A stretch of 64,000 bases of DNA from Balamuthia mandrillaris (Eukaryota): assembly GCA_031835245.2 (NCBI GenBank), contig JAVKOQ020000030.1, positions 186,001-250,000 of the forward strand. Reading direction: 5' to 3'. The notes under the pieces are model-generated. The model worked only from the letters and a program-made list of their open reading frames with translations. It was not told the origin of the DNA and did not search any database. Both the position numbers and the translations under genes were made by a program. Positions 11,624 to 24,166 of this stretch are shown here, piece by piece (positions within the stretch are counted from its first letter, which is position 1; every line of letters begins with the position of its first letter).

Positions 11624-13505
11624 ATGGACCCGTTCGCCAGCGACGTCGAGAGCAGGGAGACCACCAGCGACTATCACAGCGACCACGAAGCCGTTTTTCT
11701 GCTGCGTGCTCCTCCCGATAGAAGCGACAGCAAACGAGGCAAAGAAGATGCAGAGGAGGGCCGACCGCGCTCCTTCTCCGTCTCTTCCAATAACCCTACC
11801 ACCGGAGCTTTTGTCACTTTTTTCAACATCACAAAATGCTTCGTTGGCGCGGCTTCCTTCGAACTTCCTTGGGCTTTTAAAGAAGCAGGTTCGTTCTTTT
11901 TTGCTTTTCTCTCTTTTGAACAACGCTTTAACCGCTCTTGTTCGCTTTTTGTGTAAAGGTCTCTTGGGAGGTTGCCTCGGTTTATTGGTGCTCGCTTTCT
12001 TCTCCTTCTACACGCTCATTATCCTTGCCAAATGCGGCCGCTTCGCTGCCTCTCTTCTCCACAAACAAACGGCCACCAAGGAGAACCACAGCCGCTCGAG
12101 CAAGGTCATAACCTACCCTGACATAGGAAGAGCCTGCTTCGGCCGAGCCGGAGCCTTTGCGGCGTGGTTCGGCATCCTCGCCATGACCGTGGGAGTGTGC
12201 GGGAGTTACCTGGTCTTCATGGGCTCCTCCCTGTCGCACCTGCTCTCCCCCTATGGGGCCTTCTTCCGCTCGACCATCGCGTGCACCGCCATGGTGCTGC
12301 CTTTGGTGATCGGCCTGTCTTGGCTCCGTTCGCTGCGAGTGTTGGCGCCCACCTCGGTGTTGGGCATTTTGGCTCTGCTCTTCTCTCTGGTGGTGACCAT
12401 CGTGGATGGAGCTCGCCATGAGAGCATCACGTGGAAGGCAGAGGAGGAGGAGGAAGCGGAGACGATGCTGATGATGTTTCGAGTGAAAACCTACCCGTTG
12501 TTCTTGGGGAATGCTGCCTTTCTGTACCTTATCCATTCGGTCATTCTCCCTACGGAGCAGGCCATGAAGGACAGATCCAAGTATAAGATTTCTCTAGCTG
12601 CCGCTATGCTGTTTGTTACGGTCCTGAACCTCTGCTTTGCTGTCATTTGCTTGCTGTTCTGGAAAGAGAATACCGCTCAAAATGTATGTTCCTCCTCTTC
12701 TTTCAGCTCTTCTTCTTGTACTTCTTCTTGTTCTTGTTCTTGTTCTTGTTCTTGTTCTTCTTGTTCTTCTTCTTCTTCTTCTTCTTCTTACCATTCGTCC
12801 TTGTAGATCATCGACAACCTATCTCATGGAGTAATAACGACGCTGGTCAGAATATTCCTTTCCATCGATCTTCTTTTCACCTTTGCCCTGTTCTTGTTCC
12901 CAGTCTCGGAGGCTTTGGAGCACAACTTTTTCAACCCCTCTCTTTTTGGCCGCTCTTGGAAAGAAGAAATGAAGAGGTTCGTGTGTTCAAACACAAGACA
13001 AACAAACCCTCCCTTTTACTAACTATCATTATGGTCATTCAGGAATGCTTTACGGGCGGTGCTGGTCATTGCGACAGCTGGAGTCGCTCTCTCCATTCCG
13101 TTCTTCTCTCTTCTGACGGGCCTTTCCGGCGTTTTCGGCAACAACCTGTTGGGCTTTCTTCTGCCCACTCTTCTTTACGTGTTCCTCAGCCATCGTTTCG
13201 GCCATTGGGACTTGCTTCTCACCTCGTCCTCTTCTCTGCTTGATGAAGTAGATAATGACCACTACAACTACAACGACGAAGCTCTTATCGACAAAGACGA
13301 CGAAACGAAAGAGAAAAAGAAAAAGAACAAGACGAGAAGCAGAAGACCGACTTTAAGAAGATTGTTCGTCGGCCAACAGAAGAGCAAAGCGTGGTTGCGG
13401 TTCGGAGAGTTCTTCCTCTGCTTCACCATCTTTACTTTGGGCCTTGCGATGATGGGATTGGGCATTCATGCCTTTGTTCGTGAGATCACGAAAGAATATT
13501 CTTAA
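11624..13505 (+). CDS. Amino-acid transporter of the AAAP/Aa_trans (SLC36/38-like) family, spliced
   Basis: FFNITKCFVGAASFELPWAFKEAG, TYPDIGRACFG, YLVF, FLGNAAFLY, LLGFLLP; many hydrophobic helices. Confidence 0.9.
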
Positions 13506-13608
13506 ACATAAAGAAGAGACAAGAAAAAGAAAGCTGTTTTGTATTTCATCTCTGAATAAAAGGAGTTTAACTCGTTTCGTATAAAGTACACAAAAAGATA
13601 ACTGGGAC

Positions 13609-16600
13609 TTATTTTACATTCTTCAGCTGTTGCAGTATATCTTTGAAAGTTGGGCGTTCATCGGGGTCATGAGAGAAACATAGTGTCATGATGTCTTGAA
13701 TGACTTGCGGGGCAGTGGAAGGAATGTCCGGCGAACCGCCATCGTAGACGGACGTGGCTGCTTCAAAGGCTGTCATTCCAGGATAAGGGTCTGCTCCCCC
13801 GTTGGCCATCTCCCACAAAGTTACTCCATAACCTGTTTCAAGGGTTAGCAAAAGCGACAGTGCAAAGCTGGGAAGAAGCAGAATGGATCGTACTCCAAAC
13901 ATCCGCTTTGCTTGAATATACATGAGACCGCAAACACTCGGGAGCAATCCTGTCATAACAAACCGTTCAGCAAAGGAACAACTGTGGTCTTTTTAAACAG
14001 GAATGAACACAAACCATTTCAAAGGAAGAGGAGAATCTGCAGCAAACTCTTCCAGGTTGCTCACATCTTCATGCTCACATGCCAGCCCAAAGTCTTGTTA
14101 TAGTTTGATGCCCAGAGGTTAGATTCATAACTGCATGGAAATGCAAGACAGAGAAACAAACCAGCAACTTTGATGCTCAAGTTTGAAGCCAACAACAAGT
14201 TGCGACAGGCCAGGTCCCGATGAGTGATGCCCTCCGAATGCAAATGGTTCATGCCCGCTGCAATCTCTCGGGCCATTCTCAAGAAGGCCTTCTTGTCTTT
14301 CATCAGCTTTCTGCCTTTCTTCCCGCGAAGGAAGGAGCGAAGGTTTCCTTCTGGCAGGTATTCAGTCACCAAACAGAATGGATGGTGCTCTTCCGTGCAC
14401 ACTCCCAACAACAAAACCACGTTGCTATGAGGTCTCAAGCGTCTGGTTGGATTGAGTCAGTGAGAACAAGGGACGTTGTTTCGGCAGGAAAGAGCAGAAA
14501 AGGTTTACTTCATGAGTTCAGCTTCGGCTTTGAAGGAGTCTATCTGTTTGCTTTGGGTGATGTTGAGCTGTTTGATGGCCACTTCGCTGTCCCGCCATGC
14601 TCCTCTCCATACCACTCCAAACGCCCTTTTAGTCAAAATGGATTAAGTGTGTTGGGTCAGCAATGGAGAGGAGAAGAGCGTACCCTCTTCCGATCTCTTC
14701 CTCAAACTCCAAATCGCCAAACGGTATTTCCCAAGTGATACCAGTCTTGCTAGCAGCTTCTCCTCTTCCTTTCTCTCCTTGTTCGACATCAGCGGCATCT
14801 TCTTTGAAGCCGTATTCAGCTACATCACCCATCTCCATCTCAGCTTGGTTTATCCTCTTCTGCTTCGTCAACAGTCGTCTTCTGCGAAGGACCACCAAAG
14901 CAATAACGACGGCAACCAACAGCAGGAATAACAAAAGACCGACCGTCAATCCGGCGATGAACTCTGGTTTCTCTCCAACCGACTCCTCCTCTTCAGTTCT
15001 GGCTTTCGCGTCATCGGTTACTGTGGAACTGCTTTGTTCAGAGGAAGCAGAAGAAGAAGAAGCGGACTTTTCACTTTGTTCCGAAGATGCAGATGAGGAA
15101 GCAGAAGACGAAGCAACGGAGGAAGCGGAAGACGAGTCTTCAGGGGGTGGAACGATCGTGTATCTGACTTTGCCGTTGACGACATCGTAATAGGCCTCCC
15201 AAGAGATGGGAGCAAAGTTGTTGGGCGTGGTCTCGCTTTGACAAGAGATGGAAACAGATAGGTTGGCCAATGGCTCCGCCGTGCTCAACTCAAAGTTGAA
15301 CGTGGTGCTGGTCTCCACGCCCACTTCGTCGATCAAGCACACCACCGTTTTTGTTGGTGAAGAAGAGGGAGAGCCCACCTCGGAGCAAGCGCCCGTGGGA
15401 AGAGAGCAAGTGAAGTTGGCCGAGTCGAGGTAGAAGGTTTGTTCTTCTGGATTGGCGAGATAGAAGTCAATACGAGTAAAGTTGAAAGCGCAGGCAACGT
15501 CTCGAGCCCAACTTGGTCCGCCGCTTGTCATTATTATCTCGTACTCCACAACATCTCCTCCTTCTAGCCTCCTCAGCTGCTTGGTTGGAGAATCACATAA
15601 AGAAGAAGGTGAGTAGCTTCATGAGAAGTCGAAGAAAGCAGAGGAGAATAGCATTACCTCTTCTCTTTCGGCCACAGGATTTAACCAGTTCAGCTGCACT
15701 CTTAACTCCTCTGCGAACGTTCTCACCGTGAGTAGGCCTCCGAATGAATCGCCCTGCGCTCCGGCCTCATCCGTACAAGCCATCGAGTATTCTACGGTTG
15801 AAAGGGCCGTGGACGAGTCCAGCTGAAGCAACAGGTTTCGGTCCTTGTTTCCCACCAACAAATCCATGTTGCAATTCACGTTGGTCGATGCGCCGGAGAC
15901 GGAAGCGGAACAGCCTTCGTTGATGTCTCGAGAGAGCAAGGTGAGGTCGGATGGAAAGACCCACAAGCAGGAGGAGTCGAAGCTGTCGGAAGGACCGTGG
16001 TTGGTCACCCTGAAACTGAGTTGAGCAGTTCTTCCTGCCAATATTTCTGTTGCACTTGTCCCTATAACAAGTGGAGTTAGCAACGAAGAGAGAAGTGCAA
16101 GGCGAATGCGAAGGGAGGTCGAAGACATTCTACACAAAGTGAGAGGCAAGAGGTAGAGTACCCAACGTAACAAGCTCGAGATCGGTGACCAGTTGAGGCT
16201 GGATGGAAACGAGCTGCGGCTCCACAAAGGCGAGGTTTTTGCCATTGGTGGCGGTGCAACCAAGGATGTCCATTGTTATGGTTTCTCTGAAGTCACCCTT
16301 GATGTTGTTGATGGAGAATGCAAAGTTATCTGGAAGCATACGTGGTGAGCTATACTCTACGTTCTGTCACAAGGGTGAAGCAAAACAACAGAAAGAGAAA
16401 AGAAAGGATTCAAAGGAGGAGGTCACATACAAAATGCATTCACGTTGACCACTCCTGTAAAACTGCAAGCAACCTCGCCCAAGCCATTGGGTGCGCCGCA
16501 TACGCCGCTGGGGGGCGCCAGCGTCCCTTTCCTTCCGTCCAAGGCCTGCACCGGGCCGAACCTGAACACGCAGTCCACGCGTCCGTCGACAGCGAACGGC

Positions 16601-17233
16601 CCGTTGTTCTTGACCCTGCCCGTGAATGCATAGTTTGAGCCGGGGACATAGTTGGGGTTGGGAGACGGAAAGCTTCCCTCCAGAGCAAAACCCGGGGACA
16701 GGCCGCTGAGCGTGAGGGAGAACTCCCCATCATTGCTGGAGTATAGGAGAGCGGGAGGGGGCTGGTTTGCGTTCAACGGGACCTGGAAACGTTTGGTCAC
16801 GAACATGGCGATAACCTCTCCTGTGGCGGCCCCAAAGGAGGTGCATTGGTACTCAGAGCATGAAAAGTAAGGAGCATACTCTTCCGTCCATACCTCAGCA
16901 TCTTGCATGGGAGGAGAGAGTTTTGAATAAGGGCTTTTAAAAAAAACAGACGGACAGAGGGAGAGAGGAAGAAGGGAAAACCGAACTGGAGACGTCCCAG
17001 CTGGCCCAAGCGTCGTTGTACCCCAACAAGAATATACAAGGGGTGGTATCCCTGGTCCACAACACGCCCACATAAACGGAAAACGGGTCTCCTGGGGCTG
17101 GTTTCAGCGGGCTAAAATACCCTCCCTGGTAGCTGCAACCGGCATGGACACCCAACGACCAAAAGCAAACCAGCAGGAAAGCAAAGATGGCTGCTGCGAC
17201 GTTCCTGCGGTGGTGGTGGTGATGCGCCAGCAT
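13609..17233 (-). CDS. Single-pass receptor kinase with tyrosine-kinase-type motifs (paralog 1)
   Basis: Signal peptide, beta-rich ectodomain with N-x-G-P repeats, Ser-rich stalk, TM (FIAGLTVGLLLFLLLVAVVIALVVL-RRRR), GRGAFG, VAIK, HRDLACRN, DFG, PLPLKWIAPE, DVWSYGVTLWE. Confidence 0.9.
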
Positions 17234-17465
17234 GGTGTGTGTTCGTTTGGTAGAACGTTTGTCTATGTTGTAGAACGATGGTGGCGATTGGGCACAGCTA
17301 GAAAGTTGAAACGGAATTAATAAAAAGCGTTAATGAATGTCCATTCCATAACAGGATAATGGCCGAGGGCTTGGAGTTATACGCTGAAACTACAGAGCGA
17401 AGACATAAAGTTCATTTTTACATGTTACACCAACAAAAAAAACCCCCAGAAACAGTTTTACTGTT

Positions 17466-20400
17466 TTACTTGGCGGCCTTCAATTGTTGCAATATCTCTT
17501 TGAATGTCGGTCTATATAACAACAAAGAAACAAAACAACTTTAGCAAAAAAACAGCACAACAAACAAACACAGAAAAAGAACAAACCGTTGCTGAGGATC
17601 GTGAGAGAAGCATTGTTTCATGATGTCTTGAATGACTTGCGGAGCGGTGGAAGGAATGTCCGGCGAGCCTCCTTCGTAGACCGACATGGCTGCTTCTGGG
17701 GGGCTCATTCCAGGATAAGGGTCTGCTCCCCCGTTGGCCATCTCCCATAACGTCACTCCATAGCCTAAAATTTGTGAAGGAGAAGAAAGTGAGAAGAGAA
17801 CGCAGTGGCAAGGGAGCAAGAATAAAAAGTGAAGAAGGAAACATACTCCAAACATCTGCTTTGTTGGAATAGGTACGTGACTTCAAACACTCTGGCGCAA
17901 TCCTGCACAAACGCAAAGAGTAAGGCGATAAAAAAAATTTTAGCAACCGACAATGAGAAGAAGAGGAAAGAAGAAGAACCATTTGAGAGGAAGTGGAGAG
18001 CTAGTAGCAATTTCCTCTTCGATGTTGGTCACATCTTCATGTTCGCACGCCAATCCAAAGTCTGCATACTCCAGCGTTAAATAAACACGAACTGAAAAGC
18101 AAACAACGGATGACACAGGCCACTGCCAGAAGAAGAATGAACAAACCAGCCACTTTGATGCTCAGATTTGCTGTCAACAACAAGTTGCGACAGGCCAGGT
18201 CCCGATGAGTGATGCCCTCCGAATGCAGATGGTTCATGCCCGCTGCAATCTCTCGAGCCATTCTCAAGAACGTCTTTTCGTCCTCTTTGAAAGCCTGCTG
18301 GCCTTTGTCGCTGCGAAGAAAAGAGCGAAGGTTTCCTTCTGGCAGGTATTCAGTCACCAAACAGAATGGATGGTGCTCTTCCGTGCACACTCCCATCAAA
18401 AGCAAAACGTTGCCGTGCGGTCTCAGGCGTCTGTATTTGGTTTATGAAGCGAATTAAAAAATAAGAGGCACAGAAAGAGAGTAACAAGATAAAGAGGAGC
18501 ATTACTTCATGAGTTCAGCTTCAGCTTTAAAAGCTTCTATTTGCTCACTGCGAGTGATGTTAAGCTGAAACGAATGTAAGTTATCAATTCTCAAGAGAGA
18601 GAGAGAGAGAGAAAGAGAGAACTACAAACTCTTTTAATGGCAACTTCACTGTCACGCCATGTTCCTCTCCACACCACTCCGAATGCTCTGTAAACAAACG
18701 AAACCAACATTAGAAATGGGAGGTTCTTCAAAGAGAAGAGAACGGCGAATGGATGAAAGAACAAACCCTCTTCCAATCTCTTTTTCAAACTCTAAATCCT
18801 CGAATGATATTTCCCAAGCAATCCCTCCATCTCCTGTTTGCTTGGTAGCTTTCTTAGAAGGCTTCTTCCCTCCTTTCTCAACATCGACCTTATATCCGTA
18901 TTCTCCTGAAACATCGTCCATTTCCAACATTGACGCAGTAGTTGTTAACTTCTTCTTTGACTCTTTTCGTTTGCGAAGAACCAACAAAGCGACGATAATG
19001 GCAACTATCAACAATAACAACAGGAACAAACCGACTGATAGCCCAGCAATAAACTCAGGTTTCTCGCCGATAGGTTCATCGTCTTCTTCTTTGGCGTCAT
19101 TTCCTCCAGCACCATCATTCCCACCACTTGAAGAAGTAGAGGAAGAAAGAGACGTTGAAGTGGATGAAGAAAGAGAAGAGCTGTCGGAAGGTTCTTCTGG
19201 AGGAACAATGATGTATCTCACTTTTCCATTGACAACATCGTAAGTGGCCTCCCAGGAAACAGGAGAGAAGTTGTTGTTCGTATCGCTCCCGCAAGCAACT
19301 TGCACGGACAAGTTTGCCAATGGCTCTTTCGAAGTTAGAGAGAAGGCAAAGCGAGTCGTGTCCATTGTAGAAACTGCTCCAATGTCACATAGAATATGTT
19401 TCGTTGTCGCGTTTTCATGCAAACTAAGTTCGGAGCATGATGGAAGAGAGGATGTAAAGTTGGTGGCACGGAGAACATAAGCATGGGCTTGTTGGTAGTC
19501 CCAATCAAAGTAATAGTGAGTAAAATTGAAGGAGCATGTAACGTTGCGAGCCCAACTTGGTCCTGTACTTTTGATGTTGACGTCGAACTCAACTGTGTCT
19601 CCTTCATCCTCTTGTCTCTGTTGAGAGTGTTCGAGAATAAGAAAGCATGAAACGAAAAGACCAAAGAGATAGCAAACCTCTGGAAGAGTAACATTAGGAG
19701 GATTCAGCCAAGCTAACTCCACTCGTACATCTTCTGCTAACATGTTGACCACCAAACTTCCAGTCCACGACTCCTGACTTACTGCACCCTCAGCGAAACA
19801 TTTCATTTCATATCCAATTGTAGAAAGTTCTGTCCCAGCGGATAACTGAAGCAACAAGTTTCGCTCTACAGTGGTTCCGATGAGAAGGTTCATGTTGTCG
19901 CACGTGACGTCAAGCGAGTCGGAGAATGAAGCAGAACACCCAGAGTTGACGGAGAGCAAAGAGATATCGGAAGGAAAGGTCCAAATGCAGCGAGAGCTGA
20001 AACTTTCAGAAGGGCCGAGGTTGTCAACGTTGAACTTGAGTTGGATTTGCTCTCCTGCTGTTATCTCTGCTGGATTCGAGCCTGTTTATTTTTCAAAATG
20101 GTTATTAAAAATACCAAAGAAACACAGCTGCACACAGGAAATACAATATGATAATAAGAGCCAAAATGAGAAACAGAGAGATATCAAAAGGAGCAAGCGC
20201 AAGGTCTACAGAAGGGAGAGGATTGCAGGTTTTCTTTGCCGGGAACGATAGCGAGATACGTTTTCCTGGAGCTCCGGTACAAGTTAACACTCGTAGGGAT
20301 ATGATCTCCCTATAGCTGCTTGCAAATCCCTCAAACGTAAAAACAAATGTTGCTGCATCATCATTCATTTTGGTAAGAAGAAAGAAGAACAACACCAAAA

Positions 20401-20619
20401 ACAATAAGGAGACGAAGAAGAAGAAGAAGAAGAAGAAGAAGAAGAAGAAGAAGAAGAAGAAGAAGAACAAGAAGAAGAAGAAGAAGAAGAAGAAGAAGAA
20501 CAAGAAAAAAGAAGAACAAGAAGAAGAAGAAGAAGAAGAACAAGAACAAGAACAAGAACAAGAACAAGAACAAGAACAAGAACAAGAACAAGAACAAGAA
20601 CAAGAACAAGAACAAGAAC

Positions 20620-20660
<41 letters not shown>

Positions 20661-21466
20661 ACCTGAGCTGGAGGCAGCAACAGAGCCCTTTGAGCATCTG
20701 ACAACTGAACTAGTAATCGATTGGCAACCAGGCAAAGAAGGCACCGCGTCAAGGCCCAATATTCTGTTTGGTAGAATCTCAAAGTCGCAGTAGGCCTCCT
20801 GCGTCATGCCGTAAGGTCCGTCGTTGTAGAGAGTCGTTTGAAAGGTGAGGGCAGAGGCCCCGCCAGGGGTATACGTAGAAGGAACGGAAGAGAAGACGGC
20901 TCGAAGGTTAAAACCGGGGGTGAAGGGGATATCTATGGGCAGGTTGCCGCCAGTTCCAATCGTAACATATAGAGGAGTGGATGGTTGGCTGGCGGTGGTG
21001 GGGATCTTGAAGTTCTTTCTGAAGGAGAGCCAGTAAATACCCACTGGGTCGGTATAAAGAGCTGCAGAACAGGAATGAGAGTCGCAGTTAAAGTACGAGT
21101 AGTAACTGCCAGACGCAATCACATCTGTTTAAACACAAGTCACATTGGGTACAAAACAAATAAGTCCGAAAGTTAGATCCTTGTTCCAAGGAAAAAAGAA
21201 AGGAAGGTTGATAATAACGTACTGGAGGTGCCCCAGTTGGACCAAGAAGTGTGGTCAAGAAAGCGAACGGTGCAGGGGAACGCGTCCGTAATCAACATAA
21301 CGTCAACAGTTACCACCACTGAGTCTCCGGGAGCTGGTTTGGCAGGCGTCCAGCTGTGGCTAAGATAATGACAAGTAGCACCCACCGGACTAACCCATGC
21401 CGACGACAATAGCGCCACCACAACAACCACAATGCTCCATGCCCGGTTCAGAAACTTGAGCGCCAT
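17466..21466 (-). CDS. Single-pass receptor kinase with tyrosine-kinase-type motifs (paralog 2, tandem duplicate)
   Basis: Same architecture; shares NNFxPxSWEAxYDVVNGKVRYxIVPP and GEKPEFIAGL with paralog 1; kinase exons nearly identical; ends PTFKEILQQLKAAK* at 17466. Confidence 0.9.
20413..20657. repeat. Compound (AAG)n/(AACAAG)n/(AG)n microsatellite in a kinase intron
   Basis: Visible directly. Confidence 0.95.
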
Positions 21467-21682
21467 GCCCCGAATTCTGTTGACCCGTTCTTTTCCTTTT
21501 TGTCCTTTTACGACCGAACGCCTTGCTGGCGCTGTGGATAAAGATGCTATAATGAACGAGGATTTATAAATTACAAAATAAATTAAAATTTACCTTTAAT
21601 GGTAACTTTGACTAATTTGACCTCGTGTTCTAATTCATGACGACGTGATATGATTTTAATCACATTAGATTTTGTCGACACT

Positions 21683-22576
21683 TCAGCTGCTGCTCTTGCG
21701 CGAAAGGACGTGGCGGAGGAGCTCCGCCACCTTGGCCGCCACTTGCTCCGAATGCTCCAATACGAATGCGTGCTCTATGCCTTCCTCCGCCATGTGCACG
21801 TAGTCTTTGGAAAGCGATTGTTAAAAAAAAACGATCAGAAAAGAAAGTCACAAGAAACACACAGATAAAACCAATACCTTCGCTCATCAGTTGTTTCATG
21901 TTGTGATAAGCAGGGTGCGGTGTGTAACGGTCGTTACGGCCATAAAGAAAGTGAAGAGTCGGGGGGAAAGGATGATCCGGATGGCTCAGCAAGCCTTCAT
22001 CCAACTGCGTTATCTCGTGTGACTCCCTGTAAGCCAAATAGAGAATGTTTTGGATGACGTGATAGCGAAGAAGCTTGTCCGAGACCAACGCTTGGATGGA
22101 GGAACTAAAGTTTGGTTTCCAGGCGAGCAGGCGACGTTTGATAGAGAGAGGGATGTAATGCAGCAGCCAACCGATCAGTTGACGAAAACCTGGTCGCATA
22201 AATAACTGGTTTTCAAAAATGCAGAAAACAACGATAAGAACAACGATTGAAATAGAGCAACAGAGAAGAGGAGAAATGAGAGAGAGAGAGGCTAACTTTG
22301 ATAGGAGGAGGAAGACCCTGATAGAGGTCGTGAATGGCAGGAAACAGGCTAAGCACCTGTTCAACGCGAAAGTCTGGCCGCCGTTTGGCAACCTGCAAGC
22401 ATATGTAAGCGCCCAAAGAGTGGCCCATCAACACTAACCGCCGCTTTCCTCTCAACCCATCCAAAAAGTGAACTGATAAGTCAAAATAGCCAACAAGAAG
22501 TCGTATGGTTAGATGCAGGGTTAGGTGAGCATTATGAGAGAACAGCAATATAGAGAGAGAAGAGAGAGAGAGTGAG

Positions 22577-22607
<31 letters not shown>

Positions 22608-22672
22608 AGAGAGAGAGAGAGAGAGATGGAGAGTCAGCGATAGAAAACAAAGAGAACAGTCAGAGAGAGAAA

Positions 22673-22760
<88 letters not shown>

Positions 22761-23370
22761 ACAGACAACAGAACATAGAAGGAGAAGAAAAAGAAGAAAA
22801 CAAACTCTTGTGTTGAATTTGCTCTTGAAGAGAGTAAACGGCGCCGTTGTTCAGATCACCGGAGGAGCTGTGGCCGGCGTGGCTCACTTAGGACCCACAG
22901 AAAGCCAGTCAACAACAAAGAAAGAAAGAAAGAAAAAAAAAGGGAGGGATCGCTTGGTCCCACAACAAGAACAACAACATGCATACCTCCGTAAATGGGG
23001 AAACGACCGTCACAATGCTGGTGGAGCGCTTCCAAAAAGTCTACGTAGAAATCGATCACTCCAGGATTGCCTTGTCGATGTTTTTTTGTAAACTCAGCAA
23101 GCTCTCAGCTAGCAAGAGAGATAGAAGGAAAGGGAGAAATGAAATACCTGGCAGAAGCACCAACGTTAGGATCCCGTCGTCATCGTCTTCATAGTCGTCC
23201 ACATCAAACCTGTCGTTTTCGTCACGTGGTGGTGGCAAGGTTTCCTCTTCCTCTGCTTCTTTTGCTGCTGCCATTGGTAGTCCAGGACTCCAGGCCGTGT
23301 TAGCGAGGTCGTCGTTGCAAAGGACCTCGGTCAGTATGCCTCCAATCGAAATCACTTCTTTGCTCAGCAT
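21683..23370 (-). CDS. LDAH: Lipid droplet-associated hydrolase (LDAH-like alpha/beta hydrolase), spliced
   Basis: LLPG-NPG..DFYVDFLEAL, SHAGH, YSLQEQIQHK, GHSLGAYI nucleophile motif, LFPAI, FLYGRNDRYTP, IEHAFVLEHS. Confidence 0.85.
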
Positions 23371-23645
23371 TTTCGATCTTTCTGAACTTTTTGACTGTGT
23401 TGGATGACCACAAAAAGAACAATACCTCTGCAGTTATTGACCTGCAAGTTTGTCGGCAAAATAATTTGATGTCCTCAAAAATAGCGTGATATTTACAACA
23501 TTATTTTGGATTTTTTTGCTCTCATTCGATATTTTCTTTCATGTCGACTAGAAAACACAATGGAACCCCTCAAGCAAATTGGAAATTTCCCGTGCATCAC
23601 AAGTTTCTTTTCTTTTTGTTTTGTTTGGCTGTTCCAAAAGAAGAT

Positions 23646-24150
23646 ATGGCCACGCCTCTTCGCCCGGAGGACCTTTACAGCAAGCATGGCAAGTACTCTA
23701 AGCTTCCGAAGGAGGTTCTGGTGCACCGCGTTCCTGACGGGCGTGAAGAAACTCCTCTCCGTGAGTGGGAGGACCTGACCTGTACCAATGCTGCTTCTAC
23801 CTTCCGCATCTGCCTTCAACCAGCGGGAGCATATCGCTGAGCCTTAGGAGGCAAACCCTGACCCCTACCGTCGAAGCTGCTTTCAACGAGGAGGAAAAGC
23901 TCATTTATATCGAGTACCAACAAGCGAGCCAGACCCTGGGTTGCTGAGTTTCGCTGATTCTGTTGATGCTTGGCCTCCATGCACCGCAATACTCTGAGGA
24001 AGAGGATGCGCTGGACAGCAGGTGCTCTCCACTGGCTTTCGTAAGAATGAACAAGAACAAGCGCCCTTTGAGTTGGACATCATCTATGACCAGGATGCAA
24101 TGTCACAACCTTTTCACCAAACTGAGACATTTTATTTGGTTCCACTGACA
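23646..24150 (+). pseudogene. Possible degraded, frameshifted coding remnant
   Basis: ATG-initiated 64-aa ORF (MATPLRPEDLYSKHGKY...) followed by protein-like stretches in shifted frames with internal stops and no intron-like tracts. Confidence 0.3.
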
Positions 24151-24166
24151 ATTCCTCATCGCTTCT

